Of a stretch of DNA of 64,000 nucleotides, positions 1 through 9,536 are shown in pieces. How positions within the stretch are numbered: the first letter of the stretch is position 1; each line of letters opens with the position of its first letter. Source of the stretch: Bacteroidota bacterium. Lineage in GTDB: Bacteria; Bacteroidota; Bacteroidia; NS11-12g; UBA955. The position numbers and the translations under genes are program-made. A model generated the notes under the pieces. It made no database searches, had not been told where the DNA came from, and was given only the letters and a program-made list of their open reading frames with translations. The DNA is taken from contig JAIYAW010000005.1 in assembly GCA_027488835.1 (NCBI GenBank), forward strand, positions 40,307 through 104,306. The letters run 5' to 3'.

Positions 1-463
1 ATGCTTTTTCTTGCATCCGATACGCTTTTACCAAACCGTTTAATCCCTTTGGTACACCATCTAAAATACCATTCTTCTTTTTGCCTTTTTCTTGAAGTTT
101 GATTTGTTCCCAATTTTGAAGGACTTCTTCTGCGCCGTCAACTTTTACCTCTCCATAAATGTGGGGATGACGACGGATCAGTTTTTCTATGAGGGATTTA
201 CACACTTCTCCAACATCGAATTGGTCTTTTTCATTGGCAATTTTGCTGTAGAATACAATGTGCAACAGAATGTCGCCAAGTTCTTTTTTGATTTCCTCGG
301 GGTTGTTTTCAATAATCGCCTCAGACAACTCATACGTTTCTTCAATGGTTAAGGTGCGAATGGTTTCCATGGTTTGTTTTTGATCCCAAGGACATTTTTC
401 CCTCAAATCATCCATTACATCCAATAATTTTGAAAACTGTTCAAGTATTTCTGCGCGATTCAT
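1..463 (-). CDS. mazG: Nucleoside triphosphate pyrophosphohydrolase MazG (partial; C-terminus runs off the window start)
   Basis: Reverse-strand translation from the ATG at 463-461 reads MNRAEILEQFSKLLDVMDDLREKCPWDQKQTMETIRTLTIEETYELSEAI...LGDILLHIVFYSKIA, which is typical of the MazG NTP-PPase EExxE/LGDxLxQ region. It is absent from the ORF track because it is truncated by the window edge. Confidence 0.75.
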   Translation of the reverse strand, partial: MNRAEILEQFSKLLDVMDDLREKCPWDQKQTMETIRTLTIEETYELSEAIIENNPEEIKKELGDILLHIVFYSKIANEKDQFDVGEVCKSLIEKLIRRHPHIYGEVKVDGAEEVLQNWEQIKLQEKGKKKNGILDGVPKGLNGLVKAYRMQEKA

Positions 464-513
464 GCCGCAAAAATAGGCAATCCAAAGGCTAAATGAATGA
501 AGGTTTTGCTTCT

Positions 514-1605
514 TTAAGGGTTGAAATTCATTTCAAGGACAAAATCCATGATGGCTAAGTTTGCCATGGCTTCAACAATGGGTATCGCCCTAGGCAAAAC
601 GCATGGGTCATGTCGACCAGTAGCAGATAATGTACTTTCATTCAAACTTGCGTCAAGCGTTTGTTGTTCTTTTGAAATGGTAGACGTAGGTTTGAATGCA
701 ACTTCCATGTAAATGGGTTCGCCGGTTGCCATTCCCCCAATAATACCCCCAGCATGATTGGTAATAGTGCCAATTTTATTGTCACTCATTTTCCAAGAAT
801 CATTATTTTCAGATCCTTTCAAATTTGCAACGTGAAATCCCTCGCCAAATGAAATGCCTTTCACCGCATTGATGTTTAAGATATATTGACCCAATACTGC
901 TTGGAGTTTTCCAAATACAGGTTCACCCAATCCGATAGGACAATTTTCAATTGTACATGCAATAATGCCACCTAAGCTATCTCCCTCAGATTTTGCCTTT
1001 TCAATGGCTTCAATCATTTTTTCAGACATGGAAATATCTGGACAACGCACCAGGCTTTCTTCAATTTTTGATTTTGAAGGAATCTGATTTGGTTTTGGCA
1101 ATTCGATGGTATGAATTTGCTTTACCCAAGCGGTAATGATAATTGGTAATTTATTTTGAGTTGGATCTTCAAGAAATTGTTTGGCCAAAGAACCTGCTGC
1201 AACCCAACCTGCGGTAATTCTGGCACTGCTTCTTCCACCTCCGCGATGGTCGCGAATTCCATACTTTGTTTGATATAAAATATCAGCGTGTCCAGGTCTG
1301 AAAACGTCTTTTAAATGGTCGTAATCTTTTGGCTTGGTATCGTTATTGGCAATTAGAAACGTAATGGGAGAACCTGTTGTTTGTCCCTCAAAAACACCAG
1401 ACACAATTTGAACCTCATCGGCTTCATTGCGTGAAGTGGTTAAATTGCTTTGACCAGGCCTTCTGCGCTGCATGTCGCGTTGCAACTGTTGAATATCAAT
1501 TTTAAAACCGGCGGGAAATCCATCAAGCACAGAACCAACAAATGCACCATGGCTTTCGCCAAAGCTCGTGAGAATGAGGTTTTTGCCAATGCTATTTCTT
1601 GCCAT
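514..1605 (-). CDS. aroC: Chorismate synthase
   Basis: The FGESHG N-terminal signature and the RPGHAD and GGGRSSAR motifs are present. The track ORF starts at 1644, but the canonical AroC N-terminus MARNSIGK...FGESHG corresponds to the ATG at 1605, which also removes the overlap with aroA. Confidence 0.92.
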   Translation of the reverse strand: MARNSIGKNLILTSFGESHGAFVGSVLDGFPAGFKIDIQQLQRDMQRRRPGQSNLTTSRNEADEVQIVSGVFEGQTTGSPITFLIANNDTKPKDYDHLKDVFRPGHADILYQTKYGIRDHRGGGRSSARITAGWVAAGSLAKQFLEDPTQNKLPIIITAWVKQIHTIELPKPNQIPSKSKIEESLVRCPDISMSEKMIEAIEKAKSEGDSLGGIIACTIENCPIGLGEPVFGKLQAVLGQYILNINAVKGISFGEGFHVANLKGSENNDSWKMSDNKIGTITNHAGGIIGGMATGEPIYMEVAFKPTSTISKEQQTLDASLNESTLSATGRHDPCVLPRAIPIVEAMANLAIMDFVLEMNFNP

Positions 1606-1609
1606 GAGG

Positions 1610-2962
1610 TTATTGGAATTCAAAGTTACACTTTTGTAGTTCAACCCAAAAGTTTGGAAATGATTTTTCTACGCATTCAATGTCGTCAAATGCTAATTCA
1701 TATTGCACCGCTAGCGGCGCAAACGCCATTGCCATGCGGTGGTCTGAATGTGTAGTTATCAATTTCGAGTCGCTTTCAACCAGTGATTTTTGCGATTTTT
1801 GCAAATAAAAAATATCTATATTTTCTGTGTTTTGCAAAAGTGCATATCCAAACTGAGCCAAATTTTCATTTAACGCTTCAATGCGGTTGCATTCTTTGTA
1901 CTTGAGGTTTTCAATTCCGGTAATCGTTCCTTCTAATTGAAGTGCCGCCGCAGCAACAATTAATGTGGGAGCCAAATCTGGAACCCCAGATAAATCCCAA
2001 TCAATATTTTTAGCCAAATTTCCGGAATAACTGAGTATACAACCCAATTCGGAGAATGTTGTTTGAACTCCCAAATCATTAAAAATCTGAGCACCAACCT
2101 TATCTCCTTGGCAAGTTATTTCTTTAAGATCTGGCATATGAATACTACATTGAGTTAGCGCACAGACGGCATAAAAGTAACTAGCAGCGCTCCAATCTCC
2201 TTCAATAGTCAACTCAGTTTGAATTGGCTTCTGATCTTGAATAATAATTTGTTGTAGTCCAGAATGTATTGTGCATTCAATTCCAAAATCAGCCATCACT
2301 TTTTGCGTCATTTCAATATATCCCGATGAATGCTCAGCTCCCTCCATTTGGATGGTTTTGATACCGGGATAAATGGGCGATATCAGCATTAGCGCCGAAA
2401 CGTACTGACTACTTTGGGTTCTATTTATTGTATTTTTAGGGAAACTCCACAGTCCTTTGGTAATGGTAATTGGGAAATGTCCCGATTTTTTCGTATATTC
2501 AAATTTGGCCCCACCTGATTCCAAAACATCAATGAGGGGTTGCATGCTTCTGTTTTCTAGGCTCTTATTTCCCTTGAGCGTTGTAATGATTCCAAGTGCC
2601 GAAAAATATGCAAGAATGAGTCGGGCAGGAGTGCCCGCATCCATAAATTCAAAGGATTCATCTTCCAATTGATTGGAAGCGTGGTTGTTCAAATGAACAA
2701 CTTCATTTTCATTCAATTGATAATGTGCCCAAGAAAAGAAATCGGTATTTTCTTCCTTTTCTTTTTTGAGTCCATTGAGTTTTAACAACGCACTTTTTAG
2801 CAGTTGTGTATCTCTTGACTGTGATAAATTATGAATGTTGTCGATGTCCATTTGGGCTTGATGTGCCAAAATGAGCGCTCGGTTGCTCTGGCTTTTTGAG
2901 GCAGGCAATGAAATTTGGATGCTTGTTGAAGGTTTTGGTATGTATTTCAACAATTTACCCAT
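1610..2962 (-). CDS. aroA: 3-phosphoshikimate 1-carboxyvinyltransferase (EPSP synthase)
   Basis: LPASKSQSNRALILA N-terminal motif; ~450 aa, typical EPSPS length; adjacent to aroC and aroB. Confidence 0.92.
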   Translation of the reverse strand: MGKLLKYIPKPSTSIQISLPASKSQSNRALILAHQAQMDIDNIHNLSQSRDTQLLKSALLKLNGLKKEKEENTDFFSWAHYQLNENEVVHLNNHASNQLEDESFEFMDAGTPARLILAYFSALGIITTLKGNKSLENRSMQPLIDVLESGGAKFEYTKKSGHFPITITKGLWSFPKNTINRTQSSQYVSALMLISPIYPGIKTIQMEGAEHSSGYIEMTQKVMADFGIECTIHSGLQQIIIQDQKPIQTELTIEGDWSAASYFYAVCALTQCSIHMPDLKEITCQGDKVGAQIFNDLGVQTTFSELGCILSYSGNLAKNIDWDLSGVPDLAPTLIVAAAALQLEGTITGIENLKYKECNRIEALNENLAQFGYALLQNTENIDIFYLQKSQKSLVESDSKLITTHSDHRMAMAFAPLAVQYELAFDDIECVEKSFPNFWVELQKCNFEFQ

Positions 2963-2963
2963 A

Positions 2964-3983
2964 TCAGATCCAGTTTTGTAAAACTTCTATAACCAATTCT
3001 CGTTCAACAACTGTGTTGAAAGTAACCTTTCCAATGTTTTCAGGCAATGAAAATAACCATTGGTTGTTTTCATTCTTTTTGTCGCCATCAATTAAAGTGC
3101 AAATTCTTTCAATTTCATTTCGTTGAAACTCAACTTTCGGAAACAAGGGGAATATAATTTTATCAATTTGCTTTAAAAAACCGGCATTACACAAACCCAT
3201 TTTATGTGCAATTTGGGTTTCTATTAGAATTCCGTTTGCAACACAAATGCCATGGTTAATTTTTGGTTTCCCAAAGTTCAATGCTTCGAGTGCATGGCCA
3301 ATGGTATGTCCTAAATTCAGTGTTTTTCTTATTCCAGATTCCTTGAAATCTTGATTCACAATACTTTGCTTGAATTCAATATTCTGTTGGATAATAGCAT
3401 CCCAGTCTTCTGAAGTTTTAACTGGAATGGTAGATTCTATTGTTTCAAACATATCGCCACCAGCTAAAATACCGTGCTTTACAATTTCGGCCCATCCTGA
3501 TAGCATTTCACTTTGCGGCAATCCTTTGATAAAGGCCGGTACAATCCAAACTTTACTGGCTTTTTGAAATGTGCCAATGATGTTTTTCTTCCCTCCCAAA
3601 TTTATACCTGTTTTGCCACCCTCGGCGCTATCTACCATTGATAGTAGTGTAGTTGGAACATATATGACATCAATGCCACGCATAAAAGTGGAAGCACAAA
3701 AGCCAGTTAAATCTAGCAGAGTACCCCCTCCAACAGCAATGATCAGTGATTTGCGGGTACAACCCAGATTTAAAAACTTCTCCCACAGTGAAGCCGCTCC
3801 ATTTAAGTTTTTACCAGATTCACCATCGTTGATTTTTACGACGTTGGCAATTTCGGGTATTTCAATGTGTGGTCCACAGTGGTGGAATGAATTCTCAGAA
3901 AATATAAAAACAATTTTATCGGGGGTGTTTTCCGAAATTAAAGTTTGAATGTTCTGGTTTAGGTGTTCGTAGGATAAAATCAT
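2964..3983 (-). CDS. aroB: 3-dehydroquinate synthase
   Basis: GGGTLLDLTGFCASTFMRGIDVIYVPTTLLSMVDSAEGGKTGINL NAD-binding and metal-site motifs of the DHQS family. Confidence 0.9.
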   Translation of the reverse strand: MILSYEHLNQNIQTLISENTPDKIVFIFSENSFHHCGPHIEIPEIANVVKINDGESGKNLNGAASLWEKFLNLGCTRKSLIIAVGGGTLLDLTGFCASTFMRGIDVIYVPTTLLSMVDSAEGGKTGINLGGKKNIIGTFQKASKVWIVPAFIKGLPQSEMLSGWAEIVKHGILAGGDMFETIESTIPVKTSEDWDAIIQQNIEFKQSIVNQDFKESGIRKTLNLGHTIGHALEALNFGKPKINHGICVANGILIETQIAHKMGLCNAGFLKQIDKIIFPLFPKVEFQRNEIERICTLIDGDKKNENNQWLFSLPENIGKVTFNTVVERELVIEVLQNWI

Positions 3984-4882
3984 CCCCTTATTTTTTCGTA
4001 GCGTTGTCCATTTGTAGCATCTAGCTCATTCAACAATTTAATTGCCGTAGTTTTATCAGGAACTGAGGCGCCTTTATATATTTCAACCAATTCAGGCCAT
4101 TTGGTGAAAAAGAATACTTTTTGTAATAAACTATTTTGATTTCCTTTGATTGATTCTTGGAAAGTTTTAATTGATTCAGTAACATTTTTACGCGCTATTT
4201 CAGGATCTTGGTAGAATTTATCCATTCCTTTTCTGTGGTAATTATAATTGAGTATTCTAAAGTCCTTAAATCGAGAGTTGTTTAAATTTTCAGCCAAATA
4301 AAATCTATTTCTAAATCCTTTTCCATCGGTTTGATTCCAACCCGTTTTATTTGTCATCAAGTTTACAATAGTTTGTGCTTTCACAAAGAATGGGGTTCCT
4401 GCAAGTTCTCCAAAGCTGTCGTAATCTAATCCCAAAGAAATATATACATAATAGGCTAGGAGGGATGATAAATCGTTCAAATTTTGATTTTCTTGAAACT
4501 CTAAATTTTCAAACTCCCGGTAGGAAAATGTTACATCTTCATCGTTGAACTGAATAATCGTGGTTTTGTAAGTGCTATTCAACACAGGACGAATCACTTG
4601 CAACTGCATTGTTCCTTGAAACTCATTGTTTTCGGACATTGCTGTGATATCAAAAAACAACGAAATTTCAATTTTTTCGTTGGTTTCAATTTTTTCTTCC
4701 GTCCATCTTCTTGTGGTGATAAACTGTTGAATGCTGTTTTGTAATGTTGTAAGAATTTGTTTGTCAGATATTTGAACCCTTGGTGCCACACATTGAACTG
4801 TGGCTTTTATTTCTTGAGACTTTGCATTTTGAATGCAAAATAAAAAAGCGAAAACGAAAAGGAGTTTCTTCATCTTATTCAA
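3980..4882 (-). CDS. Secreted hypothetical protein, likely the DUF4835 family member that sits between recN/aroB and coaBC in Flavobacteriia
   Basis: Signal peptide MNKMKKLLFVFAFLFCIQNAKSQ; the position immediately downstream of coaBC matches the conserved bamD-rpoZ-coaBC-DUF4835 neighbourhood recalled from Flavobacterium genomes. The family assignment is from synteny and memory, not from a motif. Confidence 0.5.
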   Translation of the reverse strand: MNKMKKLLFVFAFLFCIQNAKSQEIKATVQCVAPRVQISDKQILTTLQNSIQQFITTRRWTEEKIETNEKIEISLFFDITAMSENNEFQGTMQLQVIRPVLNSTYKTTIIQFNDEDVTFSYREFENLEFQENQNLNDLSSLLAYYVYISLGLDYDSFGELAGTPFFVKAQTIVNLMTNKTGWNQTDGKGFRNRFYLAENLNNSRFKDFRILNYNYHRKGMDKFYQDPEIARKNVTESIKTFQESIKGNQNSLLQKVFFFTKWPELVEIYKGASVPDKTTAIKLLNELDATNGQRYEKIRG

Positions 4883-6116
4883 ATATCCACGAATTTAATG
4901 TTTCTAAAATGATAACGGCAATTTCTTCTTTCGATTGTATGTCAGTTTCCATAGTTTGGTAATTTTTTCCAAATATTTTCACTTGGTTTGTGTTCGATTG
5001 AAATCCCGTTTCCTTGCTTACTGTATTCAATACAATGGCATCTAAATTTTTCTCATTTAATTTTTTCTGTGCGTATGCTTCAATATTGTCGGTTTCCAAA
5101 GCAAAACCCACGCAAAATTGATTTTGCTTTTTATTGAGCGACAATGTTTTTAAAATGTCGGGGTTTTTAACCAATTCTATTGACATATCATTGTCGGTCT
5201 TTTTTATTTTGGAGGACTGATATTCCTTAGGTCTATAATCGGCAACAGCTGCCGTCATAATCAAACCATCCATATTTGGGAAAACGGAAGCGCAAACATC
5301 CATCATTTCTTGTGAGGAAGTAACACGCATTAATTTGCAGTTTTGAGGGACATCAACATGCGATGGGCCCAAAACCAAGGTTACGTTTGCTCCTAAATAA
5401 ATCAGTTGTTCAACTAAGCTAATGCCCATTTTACCTGTGCTGTGATTGCCAATAAACCTTACTGGATCAATGGCTTCAAAGGTTGGGCCTGCAGTTACCA
5501 AAATATTTTTACCTCTAAAATGGGTTTTTGGTGGTGCAAAGAAGTTATCTAAAGTTGAAAATAATGTTTCAGGTTCTGCCATTCGCCCTTTTCCAACAAG
5601 GCCACTTGCCAATTGTCCTTCTTCAGCATCAATAATGGTAACTCCACGTTTTGCCAATGTTGATAGGTTTTCTGTCACTGCGGGTTGCTGATACATGTCT
5701 AAATCCATTGCTGGAGCAATGAAAACAGGACAGCGGGCAGATAGGTAAGTTGTTAGCAATAGGTTGTCGCATTCGCCATGAACCATTTTCGCAAGGGTAT
5801 TAGAGCCGCAAGGTGCAATAATAAATGCGTCGGCCCATAGACCAAGTTCAACATGGTGATTCCACATTCCGGTTTTTTCATCAAAAAAATGAACGAGGGT
5901 AGGATTTTCTGAAACTACAGAGAGGGTTTCGGCTGTTACAAATTGCAAGGCCGATTGGGTGCAAATGACTTGCACATGTGCGCCAGATTTTTTCAATAGG
6001 CGAACAAAATGAGGGAGTTTATAGGCGGCGATGCCGCCTGTAACTCCGACTAATATTTTTTTACCCGTTAACATTCTCGGGAGCACCTGGTACTCTCCAA
6101 TAGGTTTTGTGGTCAA
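4875..6116 (-). CDS. coaBC: Bifunctional phosphopantothenoylcysteine decarboxylase / phosphopantothenate-cysteine ligase
   Basis: KKILVGVTGGIAAYK flavoprotein motif in the N-terminal half and a CoaB ligase C-terminal half; 413 aa. An alternative start 14 codons in (MLTGKK..., complement of 6074) is possible. Confidence 0.9.
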   Translation of the reverse strand: MTTKPIGEYQVLPRMLTGKKILVGVTGGIAAYKLPHFVRLLKKSGAHVQVICTQSALQFVTAETLSVVSENPTLVHFFDEKTGMWNHHVELGLWADAFIIAPCGSNTLAKMVHGECDNLLLTTYLSARCPVFIAPAMDLDMYQQPAVTENLSTLAKRGVTIIDAEEGQLASGLVGKGRMAEPETLFSTLDNFFAPPKTHFRGKNILVTAGPTFEAIDPVRFIGNHSTGKMGISLVEQLIYLGANVTLVLGPSHVDVPQNCKLMRVTSSQEMMDVCASVFPNMDGLIMTAAVADYRPKEYQSSKIKKTDNDMSIELVKNPDILKTLSLNKKQNQFCVGFALETDNIEAYAQKKLNEKNLDAIVLNTVSKETGFQSNTNQVKIFGKNYQTMETDIQSKEEIAVIILETLNSWIFE

Positions 6117-6390
6117 TAAATTCTTGTGTTGCCAATAAAGTTGGTTTTGGCATTCGTTCGTACATCAAAGAGATTTCAATTTGTTCACGATTTTCTTGAA
6201 TTTCTTCAAGATTGTCGCCATCGTTTGCAAATGGTTCTAATCTACTACGCAACTCTTCTTTTTGCTTTTCAGCAATTTGATCAGCTCTTCTTGAAATAAC
6301 AACAGCACTTAAATAGATGTTGTCAGTTTCACGATCCATATTACGTAAATCGCGTGTTTCAGCATTTCGAGATGTTTTATTTATACTCAT
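6061..6390 (-). CDS. rpoZ: DNA-directed RNA polymerase subunit omega
   Basis: ~109 aa. The DNIYLSAVVISRRADQIAEK core matches the Bacteroidetes RpoZ N-terminal helix. The position between bamD and coaBC is conserved. Confidence 0.7.
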   Translation of the reverse strand: MSINKTSRNAETRDLRNMDRETDNIYLSAVVISRRADQIAEKQKEELRSRLEPFANDGDNLEEIQENREQIEISLMYERMPKPTLLATQEFIDHKTYWRVPGAPENVNG

Positions 6391-7208
6391 AATAGTTCTT
6401 TTAATAATTTAATTTCTTTTTCTGCTTTAATTTTATAATCTATTGCCTCGTTAAAGTGGGCACTATTTTTATCGTTGTTGTATTTGTAATCTTCAAAGTT
6501 AACCAATACTTCTTCAAAACGTTCTTTTCTTTTTCTTTCAATACTATTTAACGCATAAATGAATTGAGCCTTCACAGTTAAAAATTCTAATTCTTCGCGT
6601 TGTTTGATATCAGGATAAAGCTTTATAGCAATTTTAGCAGAGGTGACAGCCGCTTTGTATTCCCCCATTTTGAAGTACTGCTGTACATGATCATATTCCT
6701 TCTGTTGTAATTTTGCGCGTAAAATATCTAGGTGATCGTTACAGCGTTGGGTATATTCTGAATTTGGGTAATAGTTGGTGAATGTTTGTAATGCTTCCAT
6801 TACCTGTTTTGTTTCTGATTGATCGAGTTCATAAGAACCAATCGCCAGAAAATCACAATACAAACTCATGTATGAACATTCAATAAAGCGGTGGCTCTTG
6901 TCGAAATTATCTGTAAAGTCTTTGAAGAACATGGAAGCATATTGATAATCCTTCAATTGGTAATAACTCATTGCAGAATAATAATAGATTGTTTCCATGC
7001 TATCGGAATTTTTGTATAAATCTCGCAGTTGGTCGTACAATCCAACGGCGCGTAGGTAATCTTTTTTACCGTACAACTCCATGGCTTTTTTGTATTTTAC
7101 CTGTGGATTTTTTGATTTTAGGACTTTGTTATAGTCGCTACAAGCAAACAAAACAGGAATTAAAGCAAGAATTATATACTTTGCGATTTTTTGCATTTTA
7201 CCTTGCAA
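6387..7208 (-). CDS. bamD: Outer membrane protein assembly factor BamD (TPR lipoprotein)
   Basis: Lipoprotein signal peptide ending ...LFAC-SDYN, TPR-like repeats (YYYSAMSYYQLKDYQYA), ~270 aa, and the conserved bamD-rpoZ-coaBC arrangement. Confidence 0.7.
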   Translation of the reverse strand: MQGKMQKIAKYIILALIPVLFACSDYNKVLKSKNPQVKYKKAMELYGKKDYLRAVGLYDQLRDLYKNSDSMETIYYYSAMSYYQLKDYQYASMFFKDFTDNFDKSHRFIECSYMSLYCDFLAIGSYELDQSETKQVMEALQTFTNYYPNSEYTQRCNDHLDILRAKLQQKEYDHVQQYFKMGEYKAAVTSAKIAIKLYPDIKQREELEFLTVKAQFIYALNSIERKRKERFEEVLVNFEDYKYNNDKNSAHFNEAIDYKIKAEKEIKLLKELL

Positions 7209-7300
7209 ATATACCTAAAATAAAGGTTTTTTCATAATTTAATGAAGTATGCATAAAATGTTTATTGTTATACATTATGAAATGGTACTTTTGCAACTTT

Positions 7301-8149
7301 ATGAGAACTGTTAACGAGTTACAAACCATCGCAACCCAAGTGCGCCGTGATATTCTAAGAATGGTATACGCTGTAAAAAGTGGACATCCAGGTGGATCTT
7401 TAGGTTGTGCAGATTTTTTAACGGCTTTGTATTTTAAGTATATGAAGCACAATCCTTCAACATTCGAGTTAACCGGAAATCAAGAAGATGTGTTCTTTTT
7501 GAGTAATGGACATATTTCACCAGTTTTTTATAGCGTTTTGGCGCGTAGCGGTTATTTTCCAGTAGAAGAAATGGCTACCTTTCGTAAATTAAATACCCGT
7601 TTACAAGGTCATCCTACCACACATGAAGGTTTGCCCGGAGTGAGAGTTGCTTCTGGTTCTTTGGGACAAGGAATTAGTGTTGCTGCTGGGTTGGCACTTG
7701 AGAAAAAGTTGAACAACGACAATAGCACAGTTTGGGTACTCACCGGCGACGGTGAACTTCAAGAAGGTCAAATTTGGGAAGCAGTTATGTTCTCCAAACA
7801 TTATAAAATTGATAATATGATTGTTACGGTTGATTTTAATCAAAAACAAATTGACGGTAGCACCGGCGATGTAATGGGAATTACTGAACTTTCGAGTAAA
7901 TTCTTGGCATTTGGCTGGGAAGTACTTGAAATGGATGGAAACGATTGGAATAGTATGGATACCGTTATTCCCCAAGCACAAGCAAAACTTGGCCAAGGAA
8001 AACCTATCGTAATTATCATGAAAACGGAAATGGGTCAAGGTGTTGACTTTATGATGGGCACCCATGCCTGGCATGGTAAAGCGCCAAGCGAAGAGCAGAT
8101 GAATAGCGCCATGGCACAATTGCCCGTAACTGAATTGGGCGATTATTAA
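7301..8149 (+). CDS. Transketolase, N-terminal (TPP-binding) subunit of a split transketolase
   Basis: GHPGGSLGCADFL and GDGELQEGQIWEA TPP-binding motifs. The track ORF starts at a TTG at 7265; the ATG at 7301 (MRTVNELQT...) fits the family N-terminus. Confidence 0.88.
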   Translation: MRTVNELQTIATQVRRDILRMVYAVKSGHPGGSLGCADFLTALYFKYMKHNPSTFELTGNQEDVFFLSNGHISPVFYSVLARSGYFPVEEMATFRKLNTRLQGHPTTHEGLPGVRVASGSLGQGISVAAGLALEKKLNNDNSTVWVLTGDGELQEGQIWEAVMFSKHYKIDNMIVTVDFNQKQIDGSTGDVMGITELSSKFLAFGWEVLEMDGNDWNSMDTVIPQAQAKLGQGKPIVIIMKTEMGQGVDFMMGTHAWHGKAPSEEQMNSAMAQLPVTELGDY

Positions 8150-8161
8150 TCCCTCAAAATA

Positions 8162-9535
8162 ATGAAAAAAGGAACCCTTCTTCTCTTTATTCTTTGCCTA
8201 TTTAATTTGGCCCAAAGCCAAATGATCAATGGTTTTAAGGGGAAAAAAACGAGGATTCTCTTTTTGTTAGATGGCAGTGGCAGTATGCTTGCCGAAATGG
8301 ACCAATCGAATCGCTGGTCAGTTGCTGTTACACTCATGTCGCAAATTGTTGATACACTGAGAACAATTCCCGATGTAGAAGTTGGATTGCGTGTTTTTGG
8401 ACACAACCAACCCAACGACAGACGAGATTGTAATGATACAAAATTAGAAGTGCCATTTTCACCCTATAACCACAAACAGTTTGTGGGTAGGTTAAGGCAA
8501 ATTAAACCTCTTGGTTTTACTTCTATTACCCAGTCATTGTTGGCTTCTGCCAAAGATTTTCCTGAAGATAAAAATGCAAGAAATGTAATTATTATCATTA
8601 CAGACGGGGTTGAAGAGTGCGGTGGAGATCCTTGTAAGGTGAGTGAGCAATTGCAGAAGAAAGGAATTATTTTACGTCCTTTTATTATTGGGTTAGGAAC
8701 CGATGCTGAAGTTTTCAGAAAAGCATACAGCTGCGCAGGTCGATATTATAATGCTGAAAACGCAGGCGAATTTCAAAAAATTATTGGGGTTATTATTAAT
8801 CAAGCATTAAACAATACCACTGTTCAAATTAATTTGTTGGACGCACAAGGAATGCCAAGAGAAACGGATGTTCCAATTACCTTGTATGATGCTGATAATG
8901 GAGCATTGTTAGAGAATTTTGTTCATACCATGAATGGCAAAGGAATCCCAGATACTTTGTATTTGGATCCAATTCGCAGATACCGCGTTGTGGCGCATAC
9001 TTTGCCACCGGTTACACTCAATAATTTTGAGGTTGTGCCGGGTAGACACAATACCATTCCATTAAATACTCCACAAGGAAATCTGTATTTTAAAATTGGA
9101 GGGACAACAGGTTATGGCAGATTATTGGCCATCGTGCGTAAGGGAGGCGAAATGGAAACCATAAATGCACAAGATTTTAATACAGTGAAGAGATATTTGA
9201 CAGGTGGATATGACATTGAAGTTTTGTCGATTCCACGCATAAAATTTTCAAATATTTCTATTAGACAAAACCAAACAACTACAATTGAAATACCTGCGCC
9301 AGGAATGGTGCAATTAAGTATAAACAGAGATGTTACTGCAGCGGTTTTTCAAAAAGTAGACAATAAAATGGTTTGGGTGATGGATTTTAATAGTTCACAA
9401 CCCAAGCAAGTTCATATTTTGCAACCTGGTGATTATGCTGTTGTATATAGGCCAAAAAGTGAAACAAGAACGCTTTACACCAAGAAAAAAGACTTTAAAG
9501 TACAATCAGGAATAAATACTCAAGTATCGTTATAA
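8162..9535 (+). CDS. Secreted von Willebrand factor type A (VWA) domain protein
   Basis: Signal peptide; ILFLLDGSGSM MIDAS-type motif followed by IIIITDGVEECGGDPC; long beta-rich C-terminal region. Confidence 0.8.
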   Translation: MKKGTLLLFILCLFNLAQSQMINGFKGKKTRILFLLDGSGSMLAEMDQSNRWSVAVTLMSQIVDTLRTIPDVEVGLRVFGHNQPNDRRDCNDTKLEVPFSPYNHKQFVGRLRQIKPLGFTSITQSLLASAKDFPEDKNARNVIIIITDGVEECGGDPCKVSEQLQKKGIILRPFIIGLGTDAEVFRKAYSCAGRYYNAENAGEFQKIIGVIINQALNNTTVQINLLDAQGMPRETDVPITLYDADNGALLENFVHTMNGKGIPDTLYLDPIRRYRVVAHTLPPVTLNNFEVVPGRHNTIPLNTPQGNLYFKIGGTTGYGRLLAIVRKGGEMETINAQDFNTVKRYLTGGYDIEVLSIPRIKFSNISIRQNQTTTIEIPAPGMVQLSINRDVTAAVFQKVDNKMVWVMDFNSSQPKQVHILQPGDYAVVYRPKSETRTLYTKKKDFKVQSGINTQVSL

Positions 9536-9536
9536 A

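Noticed and set aside
92-352. 86-aa plus-strand ORF at the window start
   Set aside because: It lies antisense within the MazG coding region, which translates cleanly on the minus strand. It is a shadow ORF.
1450-1755. 101-aa plus-strand ORF spanning the aroC/aroA junction
   Set aside because: Antisense to two strongly supported genes. It has no domain and is a shadow ORF.
7601-8119. 172-aa minus-strand ORF
   Set aside because: Entirely antisense to the well-supported transketolase N-terminal gene, with no independent support.
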